Source: a virus
Length of the DNA: 64,000 bases
Strand: one strand, 5' to 3'
IMG/VR virus record: IMGVR_UViG_3300026292_000004
Location: 1 to 64,000 of that record
Positions 39,001-50,500 of this stretch are shown one piece after another. The position numbers and the translations under genes were made by a program. The notes under the pieces were generated by a model, which worked only from the letters and a program-made list of their open reading frames with translations, was not told the DNA's origin and made no database searches. Position 1 is the first letter of the stretch; each line of letters opens with the position of its first letter.

Positions 39001-39496
39001 TCTGTTCAGGAACATCTTTACCACCACGATAAACTATCGTATGAGAATATGTCTGACCAAAAATATTATTGTTATTAAATGTACTAGGAAATACTCCTGT
39101 CCTAGCAGGATCTGGAAGATTGTTAGATACTAGTGTTAACCTATCTCCAGCAAATGCTCCTGTAGTAATAGATGCAGTTGTACTACTTAAAATACTTCTG
39201 ATATCAAAAGAATCGTTGGTTAAGTTATCATCCTGTTTTGCTGTTATAACAACACGCAAAGGATCATACCCTTTACCACCATTTAATACTCTTACATGAA
39301 CAACCTTACCAGCTTCTATTATTGGATATAATATTGCTTCAATCTCTGGTGTACCACAATTAGTGATATCTAACTTAGGTGGATCTGTAGCAACATAGTC
39401 TTTACCACCGTCTTTAACGACAACAGCATCTACACCAAAGTCTTTATTAAAGATTGGTGTAATAACTGCTCCAGATCCAGGTATTGTTCTCGTCAT
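36059..39496 (-). CDS. Virion structural protein with a degenerate YHYH domain, an inserted cupredoxin-like domain and G.GY...P.I repeats
   Basis: GHSKVLG.SYDGYPIYGPFGY and GDLDEHNGRYCVTPEYPNGTYAYF; YFCYMHPNMG; repeated V..GG.GY...P.I...GGGG.GA. Confidence 0.85.
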   Translation of the reverse strand: MTRTIPGSGAVITPIFNKDFGVDAVVVKDGGKDYVATDPPKLDITNCGTPEIEAILYPIIEAGKVVHVRVLNGGKGYDPLRVVITAKQDDNLTNDSFDIRSILSSTTASITTGAFAGDRLTLVSNNLPDPARTGVFPSTFNNNNIFGQTYSHTIVYRGGKDVPEQNNPNRLPEQVGLLANGSPLISPDAGSDGTPPVGFNFDQIKINYRDHDAYHGYPNNDHLYLFQDAKVVDSFAAANSLFTIKTYYNETNFGGDKSRHTNGHSKVLGISYDGYPIYGPFGYTTPLDDQSAIKRIDTGYRFKTGVEIDGNRVGINTPTNTTYVVTTANSKFLLDGVVAPIELINRGDTVTFNLDDASNDGHVLLLTDFAGETDKQGWHADSQTLYDQDVLYERGVKYYINNAEVTYSQYVSNYTSATNRKLVITVPWFAPANLHYFCYMHPNMGNKTNILNYPAGTFISDYIWDVTEGDLDEHNGRYCVTPEYPNGTYAYFMTTAADGTPEYPYAIGNTYYGDVVRKGANPPVQASEVPSGARAEVVLSETNAGQVEYVKMIAGGDGYFGEARADILGGEGTGATAIPVTQSISGLSLDNPGSGYITPPTLFFQGGGGQDAEGVANIDYSGIVTNIAVTNPGRFYQEPPYIYIQGGGGVGARATARIDQGEVVGIDVIDPGRGYTSSPNIIFTKLVNVKRKVRNRQSYNAASFFVTGLQKSLDTNDEEVVVDSTDAYPGSGKFMIGKEIIEYTSKNTKKFLGCTRGTNFRYDQRVIVDGIQNVDGVSTYEFNVGDRLVRKVESASNKIAKVYDWNPVSRELLIVFQVDELAFIDAGIPSTSDRTVAFDGGTPNASNNTQLPHNIIDEVGSNIVVYQLTLTDKAFEDDAEASGAGDGIPDVFNTGTDYADQINLDGGIHSSLYGIEETVGGQNTTIFAIGDQVKDASIPFKYSTVESAGALRDGVEHTARIRVTLATTDTNSIAFVVGETVTGQSSNIQATVESWEQATRTLVLINPLPYFTNNLNLGTNGYFYEFSDDSTVTEVRVLEPGLDYTATPTVVIENSGEIQAQAVVNMTSDGDQVGSLTVTNGGYGYKKVVTAGTLHPTVTFTNAGIDTTGSGAVAEVILGGEKLVGAGGASWRIKRITYDTSIRND

Positions 39497-39499
39497 TTA

Positions 39500-40684
39500 T
39501 TAAGTTACGATTACGATTTGGTTGCCCATAGTGGGATGCATGGTACACTGATAATATAATGTTGCTGGTGCATCCATAGGTACTGTGAATGTAGTTGTAC
39601 CAGAACCATCATTAGTCACTCCAGCAGTATAAGCATTACCACCATTTGATTGTCTTATCTCAAATGGATGAACAACATACTGTGAATCATTCTTAAATCT
39701 ATAGACTTGTCCTCTTTGTAGATAGAGGATAGGATCATTAGTAGCACTTACAAATCCTGAACCAGTAAATGTATAGTGACTATTAGTTCCATCTTCACCT
39801 AGAGTCCATGTTAATGTTGGACCTGAAACTGGAATCCAGTCAAATCCATCATACATCAGCATGTCTCCTTCAGCTACACCTGTTCCTTCATAGGAGAATC
39901 CACCAGAACCAGTATAGTTAATGGTTAAGGTGTCACCAGTAATACTGGTTGTTATAGATGTACCACCAGTAACAGTTAATGTATCAGTTGCTCCAAGAGC
40001 AGTTGTTGTACCAGTGTCAGCATTGATTGTAGCAAATATATTTCCACCGCCAGCCCCGCCACCAGTTCCAGGTCTAAACTCACCATTAGCAGAATTCCAG
40101 GTAGGAACTTCCCCGTCTGCATAAGTTGTACTTTGAACATTACCAATACTTTGTAATGTAGAAGTAGAAGTGTCTAAGATCTCACGCCATCCAGCAGCTG
40201 CTGAATAGTATGCTTTACCTACATCATTAACATAGGCAAACATTCCTGTATACGTTCCATGTGCAGGAAGATTAGCAGATGCAACATAAGGAGCATTCCA
40301 CTTTAGAAATCCATCAGCACCATCAATAATAGTATCGGTAGCATTAGTACCATTTCTTAAAGCAATATCACCACTTCCATCCGATTGAATTACAATATTA
40401 CCATTACCTGAAGATACAATGTTATATCCATTAACGTTTAAATTCTGTTCTAACGTTGCTTTATTAGTACCTTGACCTGGAGCAAAAGCAGTACCATTCC
40501 AAGTCAAAGAATCTCCTAAGTTAGGAGATGCAGTACTTACTAGAAGGTTTCCTGCTCCAGCCGATCCACCTAATGAATCATAGAGTTCTGTGAAATTTTC
40601 ATTGACTTTAGTACCACCAGCACGTAGTGAATCACCAGTGCCATCATTAGCTGTAGTACCAAGTGCTAGTAGTTGTTTTGCCAT
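39500..40684 (-). CDS. gp9/gp10-like baseplate-fibre connector with C-terminal cupredoxin-like domain
   Basis: N-terminal LGTTANDGTGDSLRAGGTKVNENFTELY (T4 gp9/gp10 N-terminal motif); C-terminal HPF...LYYQCTMHPTMG. Confidence 0.8.
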   Translation of the reverse strand: MAKQLLALGTTANDGTGDSLRAGGTKVNENFTELYDSLGGSAGAGNLLVSTASPNLGDSLTWNGTAFAPGQGTNKATLEQNLNVNGYNIVSSGNGNIVIQSDGSGDIALRNGTNATDTIIDGADGFLKWNAPYVASANLPAHGTYTGMFAYVNDVGKAYYSAAAGWREILDTSTSTLQSIGNVQSTTYADGEVPTWNSANGEFRPGTGGGAGGGNIFATINADTGTTTALGATDTLTVTGGTSITTSITGDTLTINYTGSGGFSYEGTGVAEGDMLMYDGFDWIPVSGPTLTWTLGEDGTNSHYTFTGSGFVSATNDPILYLQRGQVYRFKNDSQYVVHPFEIRQSNGGNAYTAGVTNDGSGTTTFTVPMDAPATLYYQCTMHPTMGNQIVIVT

Positions 40685-40701
40685 TAGACTAAGTTTTTAA
40701 G

Positions 40702-40709
40702 TATTTATG
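40702..40709 (-). promoter_or_regulatory. Late-promoter-like CATAAATA
   Basis: 18 nt upstream of ATG 40684. The same motif and spacing occur at 41578-41585 before the YHYH gene. Confidence 0.6.
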
Positions 40710-41559
40710 AAGGTCTCTGTTCTTTAGTACTAGGACCGAAGATGTATGGGTAAACTGGCTTGTTATCCTCATCTAATGTGAGGTAATAAGCAAATGTACC
40801 ACTAGGAAATTCAGGAGTAACTGCGTATCTACCATTATAAACATCAAGGTCTCCTAAACCATTTACGTATTCATAATCTTGGATAAAAGTTCCAGCATTA
40901 TATTGGCTGTAACTATATGTCCTATTCGCAGGTGGAGTAGTTAATACTCTATATGAACTAGTGAGTCTTTTAGTTCCTTGTGAATTATCAGTTGAAACTT
41001 TATACCCAAATGGTCCATATATCGGATACCCATCAAAACATACACCAACGATCTTTGAATGACCATCAGGATGTCTAAAGAAGTTACCTTCATAGTTGGA
41101 ATTTGAGAAGTATCCATTGGATTGAATTACTCCGTTTGCCCAACAGTTAGTAAGAAAACTTCCTGAATGATAATGATATGATCCATTCTGCTCTGGGTGA
41201 CCCCCACAAGGGTCTACACCGTACGCTTCTTCATTATATACTGCATTCCATTGAAAGTTCGCTGGTAGAGCATTAGTATCACCAGGTAGAGGACCACCAG
41301 CCGCAGAAGGGTTGGTCATCAATACACCATTAAGTGCAATACCTATACCACCAAGACCAGTTGCTTGAGGGTTAGAAGTATTAGTTCCACCTCTATATGT
41401 AATATCAAAACTATAAGTTTGTGCAGAGATATTGTTAGGATTATTAGGAAAATTCCCAGAACCTAAAGGATATCCAGCCAAAGCAGGATCGGGAAGACCA
41501 TTACTTGTTACAGTAAGAGTATTCCCATCAATAGTAGCAGTAGTATTAGAAGCTGGCAT
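40705..41559 (-). CDS. YHYH domain protein
   Basis: SNGLPD, GIALNGV, DPCGGHP..NGSYHYH, FDGYPIYGP, DLDVYNGR, YPYIFGP. Confidence 0.9.
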   Translation of the reverse strand: MPASNTTATIDGNTLTVTSNGLPDPALAGYPLGSGNFPNNPNNISAQTYSFDITYRGGTNTSNPQATGLGGIGIALNGVLMTNPSAAGGPLPGDTNALPANFQWNAVYNEEAYGVDPCGGHPEQNGSYHYHSGSFLTNCWANGVIQSNGYFSNSNYEGNFFRHPDGHSKIVGVCFDGYPIYGPFGYKVSTDNSQGTKRLTSSYRVLTTPPANRTYSYSQYNAGTFIQDYEYVNGLGDLDVYNGRYAVTPEFPSGTFAYYLTLDEDNKPVYPYIFGPSTKEQRPS

Positions 41560-41580
41560 GTCTACAGAACTTTTTAATAT

Positions 41581-44500
41581 TTATGGGGCGGGTGTACTTG
41601 ACCATATGCTTGTTACAGCGAAGGTTCCAACTGTAGTACCTGTACCCGCTGGAGATGATCCTTGTCCAGGAATGTCTCCACTGTCCACGTTGGCAAGATT
41701 TTCGGGTGTTACATTAATAACATCAGTATCAACAACCTCTTCTTTATAAAGAGCTTCTTCACCGTATGCACTGAGATCTGGAGCAGTCCATTCATCAGCA
41801 ACCACGTTAGTGATAGTAACACCAGGATAATTATAATTTGAACCAGGGGCGGTTGTATCTACACGAGAAACACCAACCAGTGCTTTAACTGCACCATCAA
41901 AACCAGATGCACTGTCAACACGGATAACTGGACGTGCGCTGAATCCAGATCCAGGATTGGTTACCTGAACAGAATCAATTCTATTCTTAACGATAGCAGC
42001 ATTACCTTGAGCATCACGACCAAATACAGATCCGATATACTCAAATGTTACTAGTGTATTAGAAGATTCAATGACAGCAACTTCTCTATCTTCAGTCTCA
42101 CCTTGAATGTCTAAGAGGTCACCTGCCTCAATTGGAGGAACAATCTCAGACTGCGTAACGTCAGCATCAGAACCAATGTATGCGAAACCAACGAATGTTG
42201 ATCCTACACGAGGAGTTTCTTTGAAAACGACACGAGAACCAACAAGTTCAAAACCGATTCCAGGTTGCTGAATAACACCGTTAAGCGAGATAATGATGTT
42301 GTTGTCTGCGATAATAGACTCAGTTGCCTGTACACCTTCAGTAAGTGCGATAGAGTAGAATGTACCGTCACGCTTAAGGTTGAAGGATGATCTCAATGAG
42401 TCAAACTCAAATGATATGTCATCCAACTGACGCATCTTACCTACGTAGAAACCAGTGAAGGAAGAACCAATGGTAGGTGCTTCGTTGAACTGTATGATGT
42501 CAGAGAATGCTGTGTATGAACCAGCCGCGCCTGGAGGTTGTAGAATACCATTCACAAAGACCATCATGTGACCTTCAGGATCTGGGAAGTATGGAGTACC
42601 GTTTTGCTCAGTTAGTTTGAACTGTGTTTGTGTACCATCAAATCCAACGAACCAACGCTTAGTACGTCCTACGACATCTATCTTCTCACTAGATGCTGCT
42701 TTATATCCATCATCAGAAATGATAGTATCATTTCCAGTAAATGTTCCAACAACATCACTTAGATACACACGATTTGTTAATCCAATTTCATCAATTCTAC
42801 TGACTGTACCGTAAGCAGTTGTAGTTGCGTTAACTGTAGTAGATACCTGACCATAAATTATTGGACTTGAAGTTTCACCTAATTGGTATTGACCAATATA
42901 TTGACCATTAGCGAATGCTGAAGATCCTATTGGTGACACGTACAAGTAATTATTTGCATCATCCCATCCAGTAACAATACCATATGCACCACCGTCAATT
43001 ATTGACTGATTATTGTTTGCTTGATAAACATACTGACCAACAGAGAAGTCAAGAGTTGCGTTAGCACCTGTGAGAGTAACACCTAAGCGTGTGTAACCCG
43101 TAGCAACAACCTTATCACCCGTAGCAATATTTGCTGCTATTGAAGGATGCTTAGTAACATCTAAGTAAATTCTAGTAGCATCTGGGTAAACAACTGAATT
43201 CTCTTCAAATGCACCTACGACACTCTCAGTATCAATTGTAAGTTTACCACCAGTATTATCAAGAACTGCACCTTCATTCTTATTGAATGCTACGATATCT
43301 GCCTTAGCACCACTACTATAACCCTTGAATGAGTATCCTGCCTTCATCTCATTAACGAGATTAATAACTTGGAATCTATCAACGATAGTTTGAATACCCG
43401 CGTTAGTTAAAGTACCAACTTCAAATGTGATATTTGGAGCACCACCATTACCTAATAGTGCATCAGGAAGTGTTAATACATCACTAACACCATATCCAGT
43501 ACCACCATTAGCAATTGTAATATTAGCAGCACCTTGATCATCAACAGTTATGTTAAATGTTGCGTTAGAACCATTACCACCTGTAGCAGCGATACCATCG
43601 TAAGAACCTTGAGTTCTATTTACGTTAGCACCTGCATTTGTTAAGTTCGTAATAGATCCAACAAGGTTAGTACCACCTGCGAGAGCAGCACCAGAAGTTT
43701 GACCTGTAATTCCTAGGTATTGTGTGAATGTACCTGCACTGATTACAACGTCCATATAACGGAAGTTATCATCAGAAGAAGTAGCATAAACAACACCTGT
43801 TATAGCAGCGTTACCAGTGATTTGTATGATTTCACCTAAAGCGAAGTCTGCATTACCACCACCTAGAGTAACTTGATCTGCTTTGAAACTAAATCTCTTA
43901 AAGATCTTAGCAATTCTTGCTTCGTTACTTGTAACTTTCTCAATTTCAGCATAACTATCAGATCCAACAGCATAGAAGTGATCAGAACCAACTATTTTTT
44001 GTCCAAGTCCTACAGGAACGTTTCTAGTACCACCAGCCACGTACGTAGTTGTTGGAAGTGTTACACCAACATAACCAGTTTGTTGCTCATAGAAACTATC
44101 ATCTACAAGTTGTGACTTATAAAGTCTGATAGTATTCTTGATACGGAACATTACTTCAGGTGTATCATAGTATATGTTCAATTCTGGTTTGTAAGCAGGT
44201 ATTGTTCCAGAATCAGGAGCAGGATTAATCAAATTATTATTGAGTTGCTCCTCAACAAAGTCCTCAAATTTATCAAGAATATAGTTCTTAATATTAAATT
44301 CATCAGAGATATAGAACTTCTCACCAGCCTCAGACTGATAGATGTCTAGGAATCCCTTATTAAGTTTAGCACCCCAGATAAATGAACCCTTAGTACCATC
44401 ACCCTCAGAACCACCACCAGCTAAAGTACCAGTATTATTGAGCATGTATTCCTTCATAGTGATAGTAGAAATACCGAATGGAACACGAATTGTTATGAAT

Positions 44501-47500
44501 GGTCGGAACCAACCAAATCCATAAGGTTTAACACCCCAGTATGTTCCCTTCATACCATTTGAATCTGAACCATCACCAACAATTACGTTACCGTTAATGA
44601 ATAGTGAAGGACCAATAGCACCTGTTACTGCATCCCATGTAAATTCTGCCTTATCGGTAGCACTCCATGAAATACTATGACGGAACTTATAATACTCATC
44701 TTGCTTAACAAAGCAACTGAATGTATATTCCTGATAGGATAGTGAAGAACCTTCGTCAAACTTGTTGATAGCATCATCAAATTTGATTGTGTCCTTATCA
44801 AAGGTATCATATGTTGGTAGTGTAAATTCTCTTTCAATTACCTTAGCACTAGTATTAGCACCAGGAATATACTTGTCAGCAGTCATAGTGCCGTCTGGTG
44901 CAACACCTATATCATTAGAAATAGTACCACCAGTTACAGTCCAACCACCAGCATCAAAAGTCTCTCTTTGACCACTTGGCCAGATATTATCTGATTGAGT
45001 CTCACCTGAGACTGGTGATTGTATTAGACGTATATTTTTTAATGCTGCGGTATTGTTGAGGGTAGCAGTAGTTACTGGACCTTCAATACATTCTTCATCA
45101 GCACTCGTAAATGTATGAGTGAAATCACCACCAGTTTGTATCGCATTAATAGCAGCACTTTGTCCAGCAACAAATGTATGTGGGTACTGATCAGCAGTAG
45201 CAGCAATACCAACATTAACAATAATAGTACCATCTTGCTTCTTAATACCGTTAGGTGTACATGTTACGTACGTGTGTAAAGAAGTATCAGGTGAAGCACC
45301 AATATTAACAGAAAGCTGATCAGCACTAATGATTGTAGGTTCTAACCACTTTTGACTCCAAGGATCAGTTGATCTTGGATAAGCATGAACACTAATCTCA
45401 TTATCTAACTGACACTTGAATGTGATTGCTCCATCCTCAAATTTAATCAAATCACCAGCAGAAAGACCGTGGTTGTTGATGTCAAGTGTTAATATACCAT
45501 TATTAGGATTATATGAAGCAGTATCAGGATCATCTACATTATCTGTACCTACTGATTTAATGTTAATTGACTTATTATAGAATGGGTCAGTTGTACGTGG
45601 GTATGTTTGGTTACCACCACCTTGAGTACAAGTGAATGTCAAACTATTAGGTGCAAGTCTAATACTAGTACCAGCAAGCAATCTATGACCAGTCATCACT
45701 GCACCAGGTAGACTGGAAGCATATGTATGAGATAATGGTACGCTAATAGCACCCTGACCACCGTTAACGTTAACTGTAATAGTTGTAGAACTAGTTCCTG
45801 TAATAGCGAGTCTGTTCTTGGCAGCATAATCTATACCACCTACAGCACGAGAACCAGTTAATCTAGGATACGCAGATTGAGTTTGATTACTTTGTCCAAC
45901 ATCAACAGTAACAGTTGTTCCAGTTACAGCATCAATTGATAATATTTGTCCAGATGCAGGGTCGGAAGAACGAGGATAAGGGTGCTGTGTAGCATGACTA
46001 TCAGCATCGCAAGTAAAGATGACTGCCTGATCATCAATCTCAAGAGTATCAGAAGTAGTATAACTATGAGATCCAATCTCCAATACTAGAAGTCCAGTAG
46101 CAGGAGTATATGTTGTACCAGCAGCAGCAGTCTTTTGACTTAAAGTTCCACCAACATCAAAGGTTAATCCATTAGTTACACCAGTAACAAATGTATGAGT
46201 ACCTGTTGCAGCAGCACAAGTAAAGGTGAGAGATTCTGGTTTAAGACCAATGGTATCATCAGTAGTCAATCCATGATTAAGACCAACAGTCAACTCCATA
46301 TCACCACTTGTGGCATTGTATGTTGCGTTAGTTACATCAAGTGCCCCAACTGTCAACTCCATATCACCAGTAGTATGGTTATAATCAGCAGCAGTAGGAG
46401 TATAAGTTCCAGCAGTTGTCTTACCAACATCAACCGTAATAGTATTTGTGGTTACAGATTCAACAGCAATATCTTTCTTATAGAATGGATCAGTTGGTCT
46501 TGGATATGAATGGTAACTACTATCATCATCCATTGCACAAGTAAATGTCAATGAATTTGGTTTGATTTGAATTACATCATTCTGTTTCTGGAGACAATCA
46601 CTAAGTGCTGTCTGGAAAGTATGAGCAGTAGTGTTAGAAGATATTCCTACATTAACCACAAAAGTATTTGTAGTTACTCCTGTAATAGTCAACCATCTAC
46701 CACTAGCAGGGTCAGATGATCTTGGATAAGTCTTAGTTACACTATTGTCTTGAGCACACTTGAATGTTAATGAATTATCATCAAGTTTAATCTTATCACC
46801 ATTACTAAATCCATGACCACTTAAAGTGATAGTCATTGCACCTGTAGCAGGTGTAAAGGCAGCACCAGTTGGTGTATGCTTAGTATATGGTGTCATTCCA
46901 TGACCAGCAATGGTCAGTACCAATTTACCTGTTGAAGGAGTATATGATACATTAGTTGGACTATAAAGTGTACCAATTAAATCAGGTGTAGAAAGTAAAT
47001 CATAGATTGCATCATCTTTAACCTGAGTTAAGAATGCAGTTTCTTCTTCCTCTTCCCAAACTCCACCCCAGTCAGCGATGGTAGAAGACCTAATCTCTTC
47101 TTCAAAGTATTCATCACCAACAAGTATTTGTAGTGCTGATTCACGACCTTGCTTACCAGAAGGTACAAGAATCTCAATTATAGTTTCAATTAAAGTATCA
47201 ATAGCAGATTGAACATTAGCACAATCTTGAGCAGTATAATCAGTACTATAACCATCATCCTGAGAATCAGTTATAGTTAAATCTGTAACAGCAGGAATTA
47301 TGTTTTGATCAGTAAATCTACCAACATAATGTTCTGGAGATAATTGACCAGCACCAGTACTCTGAAGTAAGTTATTAACTGCTTTCTTACAAAGGAATCC
47401 TACTCTTTCAATTGCCTCAGCAGTTTGAGCAAGTTGATCTTCAACCTGTACAATATTTTGAGATGTATCAAGGAACTTCTTAGCAGCTTCTACAGAACTG

Positions 47501-50500
47501 TAGTTACCACCAACAAGAAGGTCAGAAGCAATAGAGTCAACAATAAGAGTCATATCTCTGACACACTTATTCTTACCGTCAGTATCGCCACCTGGATAAT
47601 TAAATACTCTGACATCATTACTACCAGCATCCTGATAAGTAAATTTCTCTTGCATTAAACCAACTGCTTCATTACCAATGTAATCCTTGTTAAAGATCAT
47701 CAAATCAGCAGCATCAGCATATCTATCACCAGTTGGTGAAAGAGTACTATTCATTAAAGTAATAAGAGTATCAATAGAGGTTTTAACATTAGCACATCCA
47801 CCACCATCAACAGTAATTCCAGCAGGAGGAATAATAACATTAGTAGAGTAATTAGCAACTAGAGTTCCGTCAATTGCTGCCTTAGCATAGAATGCTAAAC
47901 GCTCATGAGCATATAGTGATTGTAGAAGTTGTAGTCTAATGTGAAGTATCTCACCATTAGAACCAAGATAGAATCTAAAGGCAGTAACAGTATTTGCATT
48001 ACCACCATACTCTAAATCTTCTGCAATAGCATCAAGAATTAAACCAAGGTCAGTCTTACAACGTATTGTACCAAGACCAGAAGCACCACCTTCGTTTCTA
48101 GGCATATCCTGTACAAGATCAGGATAGCGATTAAGCATATCACCAGCAGTCTCGTCAACAATAACAGTTGCATTAGCACGAATTAGATTCGCGGCATCCT
48201 TATATCTGTTAAGTGCATCTGGATTTAATTGATTACTTACAAATAAGTCATCATCTGGGAATTCCTTATCACAAGTAAATTCACTAGTAACATAAGCATC
48301 AACTACACCACCACCAGTTTCACTAGTAGGAGCAGTTCTAGTTACAGTACCAAGATGATCACTTGGTGTTAATGAATCTGCATTAAAGATAGTATCAGAA
48401 ATAATACCAGTGTATGTTGTGATAGCAGTTGCTACATCCTGACAATAAGGATTAGCGGTATCTGTAGTGATTGTATTATCAATTACCTGCTCATAACCAT
48501 GATCACCTGTGATTGATATAGCGTCTCTACGCATCACATTGATCATGAAATCACGAACCTTACCAATTGCCCATACAGTCTCACCCTCTTCACCTGAAAT
48601 ATGATTAATAAGTATATTATTAGTATCTGCACGATTAACATAATATGCAGCAGTATCCCAAGACTTACTGTTACCTTCGTTACGAAGATCATAGCATATT
48701 GCCTTAACCCACTCCTTAGCATCTCTAACACACTTAGAGAATGATGGATGAGTTCTTTGAATAAAGTTAACTGAACTTGGATATTCAATTGTTCTTAAAG
48801 CACCAGGATCAGATAAAGTATCTGTCACGATCTTCATCAAAGCATCAAGACGTGCATTTGCTTCAGGATATCCACCATAAACGAATGGAATATTTGAATT
48901 AGTTTGCTGAATTTCACCGTGAGAAGTAATTGCATTATCTTCAGAACTTACAAATGTATGTGCATAACCACCACCAGTCTTAACAGCACCAGCAGCAGCA
49001 CTCTGGAATACATGAGTATAGTTACCACCAGCAATTACAGCACCAGCAGATGCACCGATGAATGTATGTGCTGTAGGTGAACCTACAGAAGTAATTGGTT
49101 TTACATCAACTGTAATAGTTCCAGTCTGTGTCTCAAGACCATTAGATGAAGCACTTATAAATGTATGTTCAAAATCTCCAATACTAGTTTGACCAACTTG
49201 AACATCAAATGTATTATCAGTTATATTACTGATTGCTGTCCACTTATTACTAATAGGATCATTTCCTCTAGGATAAGTATGAAGTGTCTGATGTAAATCT
49301 TGATTACATGTAAATGTTAATGAGTTATCTAATATTCTAATCTTATCTTGATCAGTAAATCCATGATTAGCAATAGTTAGTCTTAAAATACCAGTAGAAG
49401 CAGTATATGTTGCACCTGTTACTGTGTGCTGGTTCTTACCAATAGCAGTAATAGGAAGTGCTCTCTGCCAAGCATAGTCAGCACCAGATGGTGTACCACC
49501 ACTGTAACTAGAACCTGTGCCACGAGGATATGCAACCTGTACAGGTGAACCACCGTAAGTACACTGGAATGTTAATGAACTATCTGCTAGTTTAATACTC
49601 TGTGCTTCAATTAAGTCATGAGTTCCGATATTAAGTACCAAATCACCAGAGGTGAAGTTATAAGTTGCACCAGCAACATCATATAGAACTTGAGGTGATG
49701 CACCAACATTAACTGTAATTTCACCAGTCTGCTTCTTAAGAGCATTACCTACACAACTGTTAAAGGTATGAACAGAAGTATCTGGTGACTTACCAATTTG
49801 TATGTCAAATGTATGTGTTGTTAGGTTCTCAATTGGGATCCACTGAGATGCAGAAGGATCTTTTGGTCTTGGATATGAATGATATGAAGTATCACCATCT
49901 AACTTACAAGTAAACTTCAGAGCTTCGTTATCAAGTTTAACCTGATCACCAGCAACCTTAATACCATTAGAAGCAGAAGATTGCCATACATGAGTATAGT
50001 TTCCACCAGTTCTAACAACAGAAGTTAGAATACTATTGTTTACAGCATTAACGAATGTATGTGTATAGTTACCACCACTTGTTATAGCATTAGATGAAGT
50101 ACCACCAACCCATGTATGTGTTGATACGTTAGAAGAAATACCAACGTTAACAGTAATAGTTGTACGAGTTACACCATCAACATAGATTGTTCTATCATAG
50201 TATGGGTCTCTCTGAATTGAAATACCATTTGCAGTAGCAGACTCAAATATATGAGTATCTGGGTTTGTAGAAGGTGCAAGATCTAAAACTTGAACTTTAA
50301 ACGTAGTTGAAGTTACATCAAAAATTGGTAACCATCTACCACTAGCATAATCACTTCCACGAGGATATGAGTGGTTAGTAGCATTACCATCCTTAGCACA
50401 CTTGAATGTTAATGAATTATCTGCGATCTTAATCTTCTCACCATACTTGTAACCATGAAGAGGTACAGTCAATGTCAAATGTCCTGTAGCAGGATCATAT

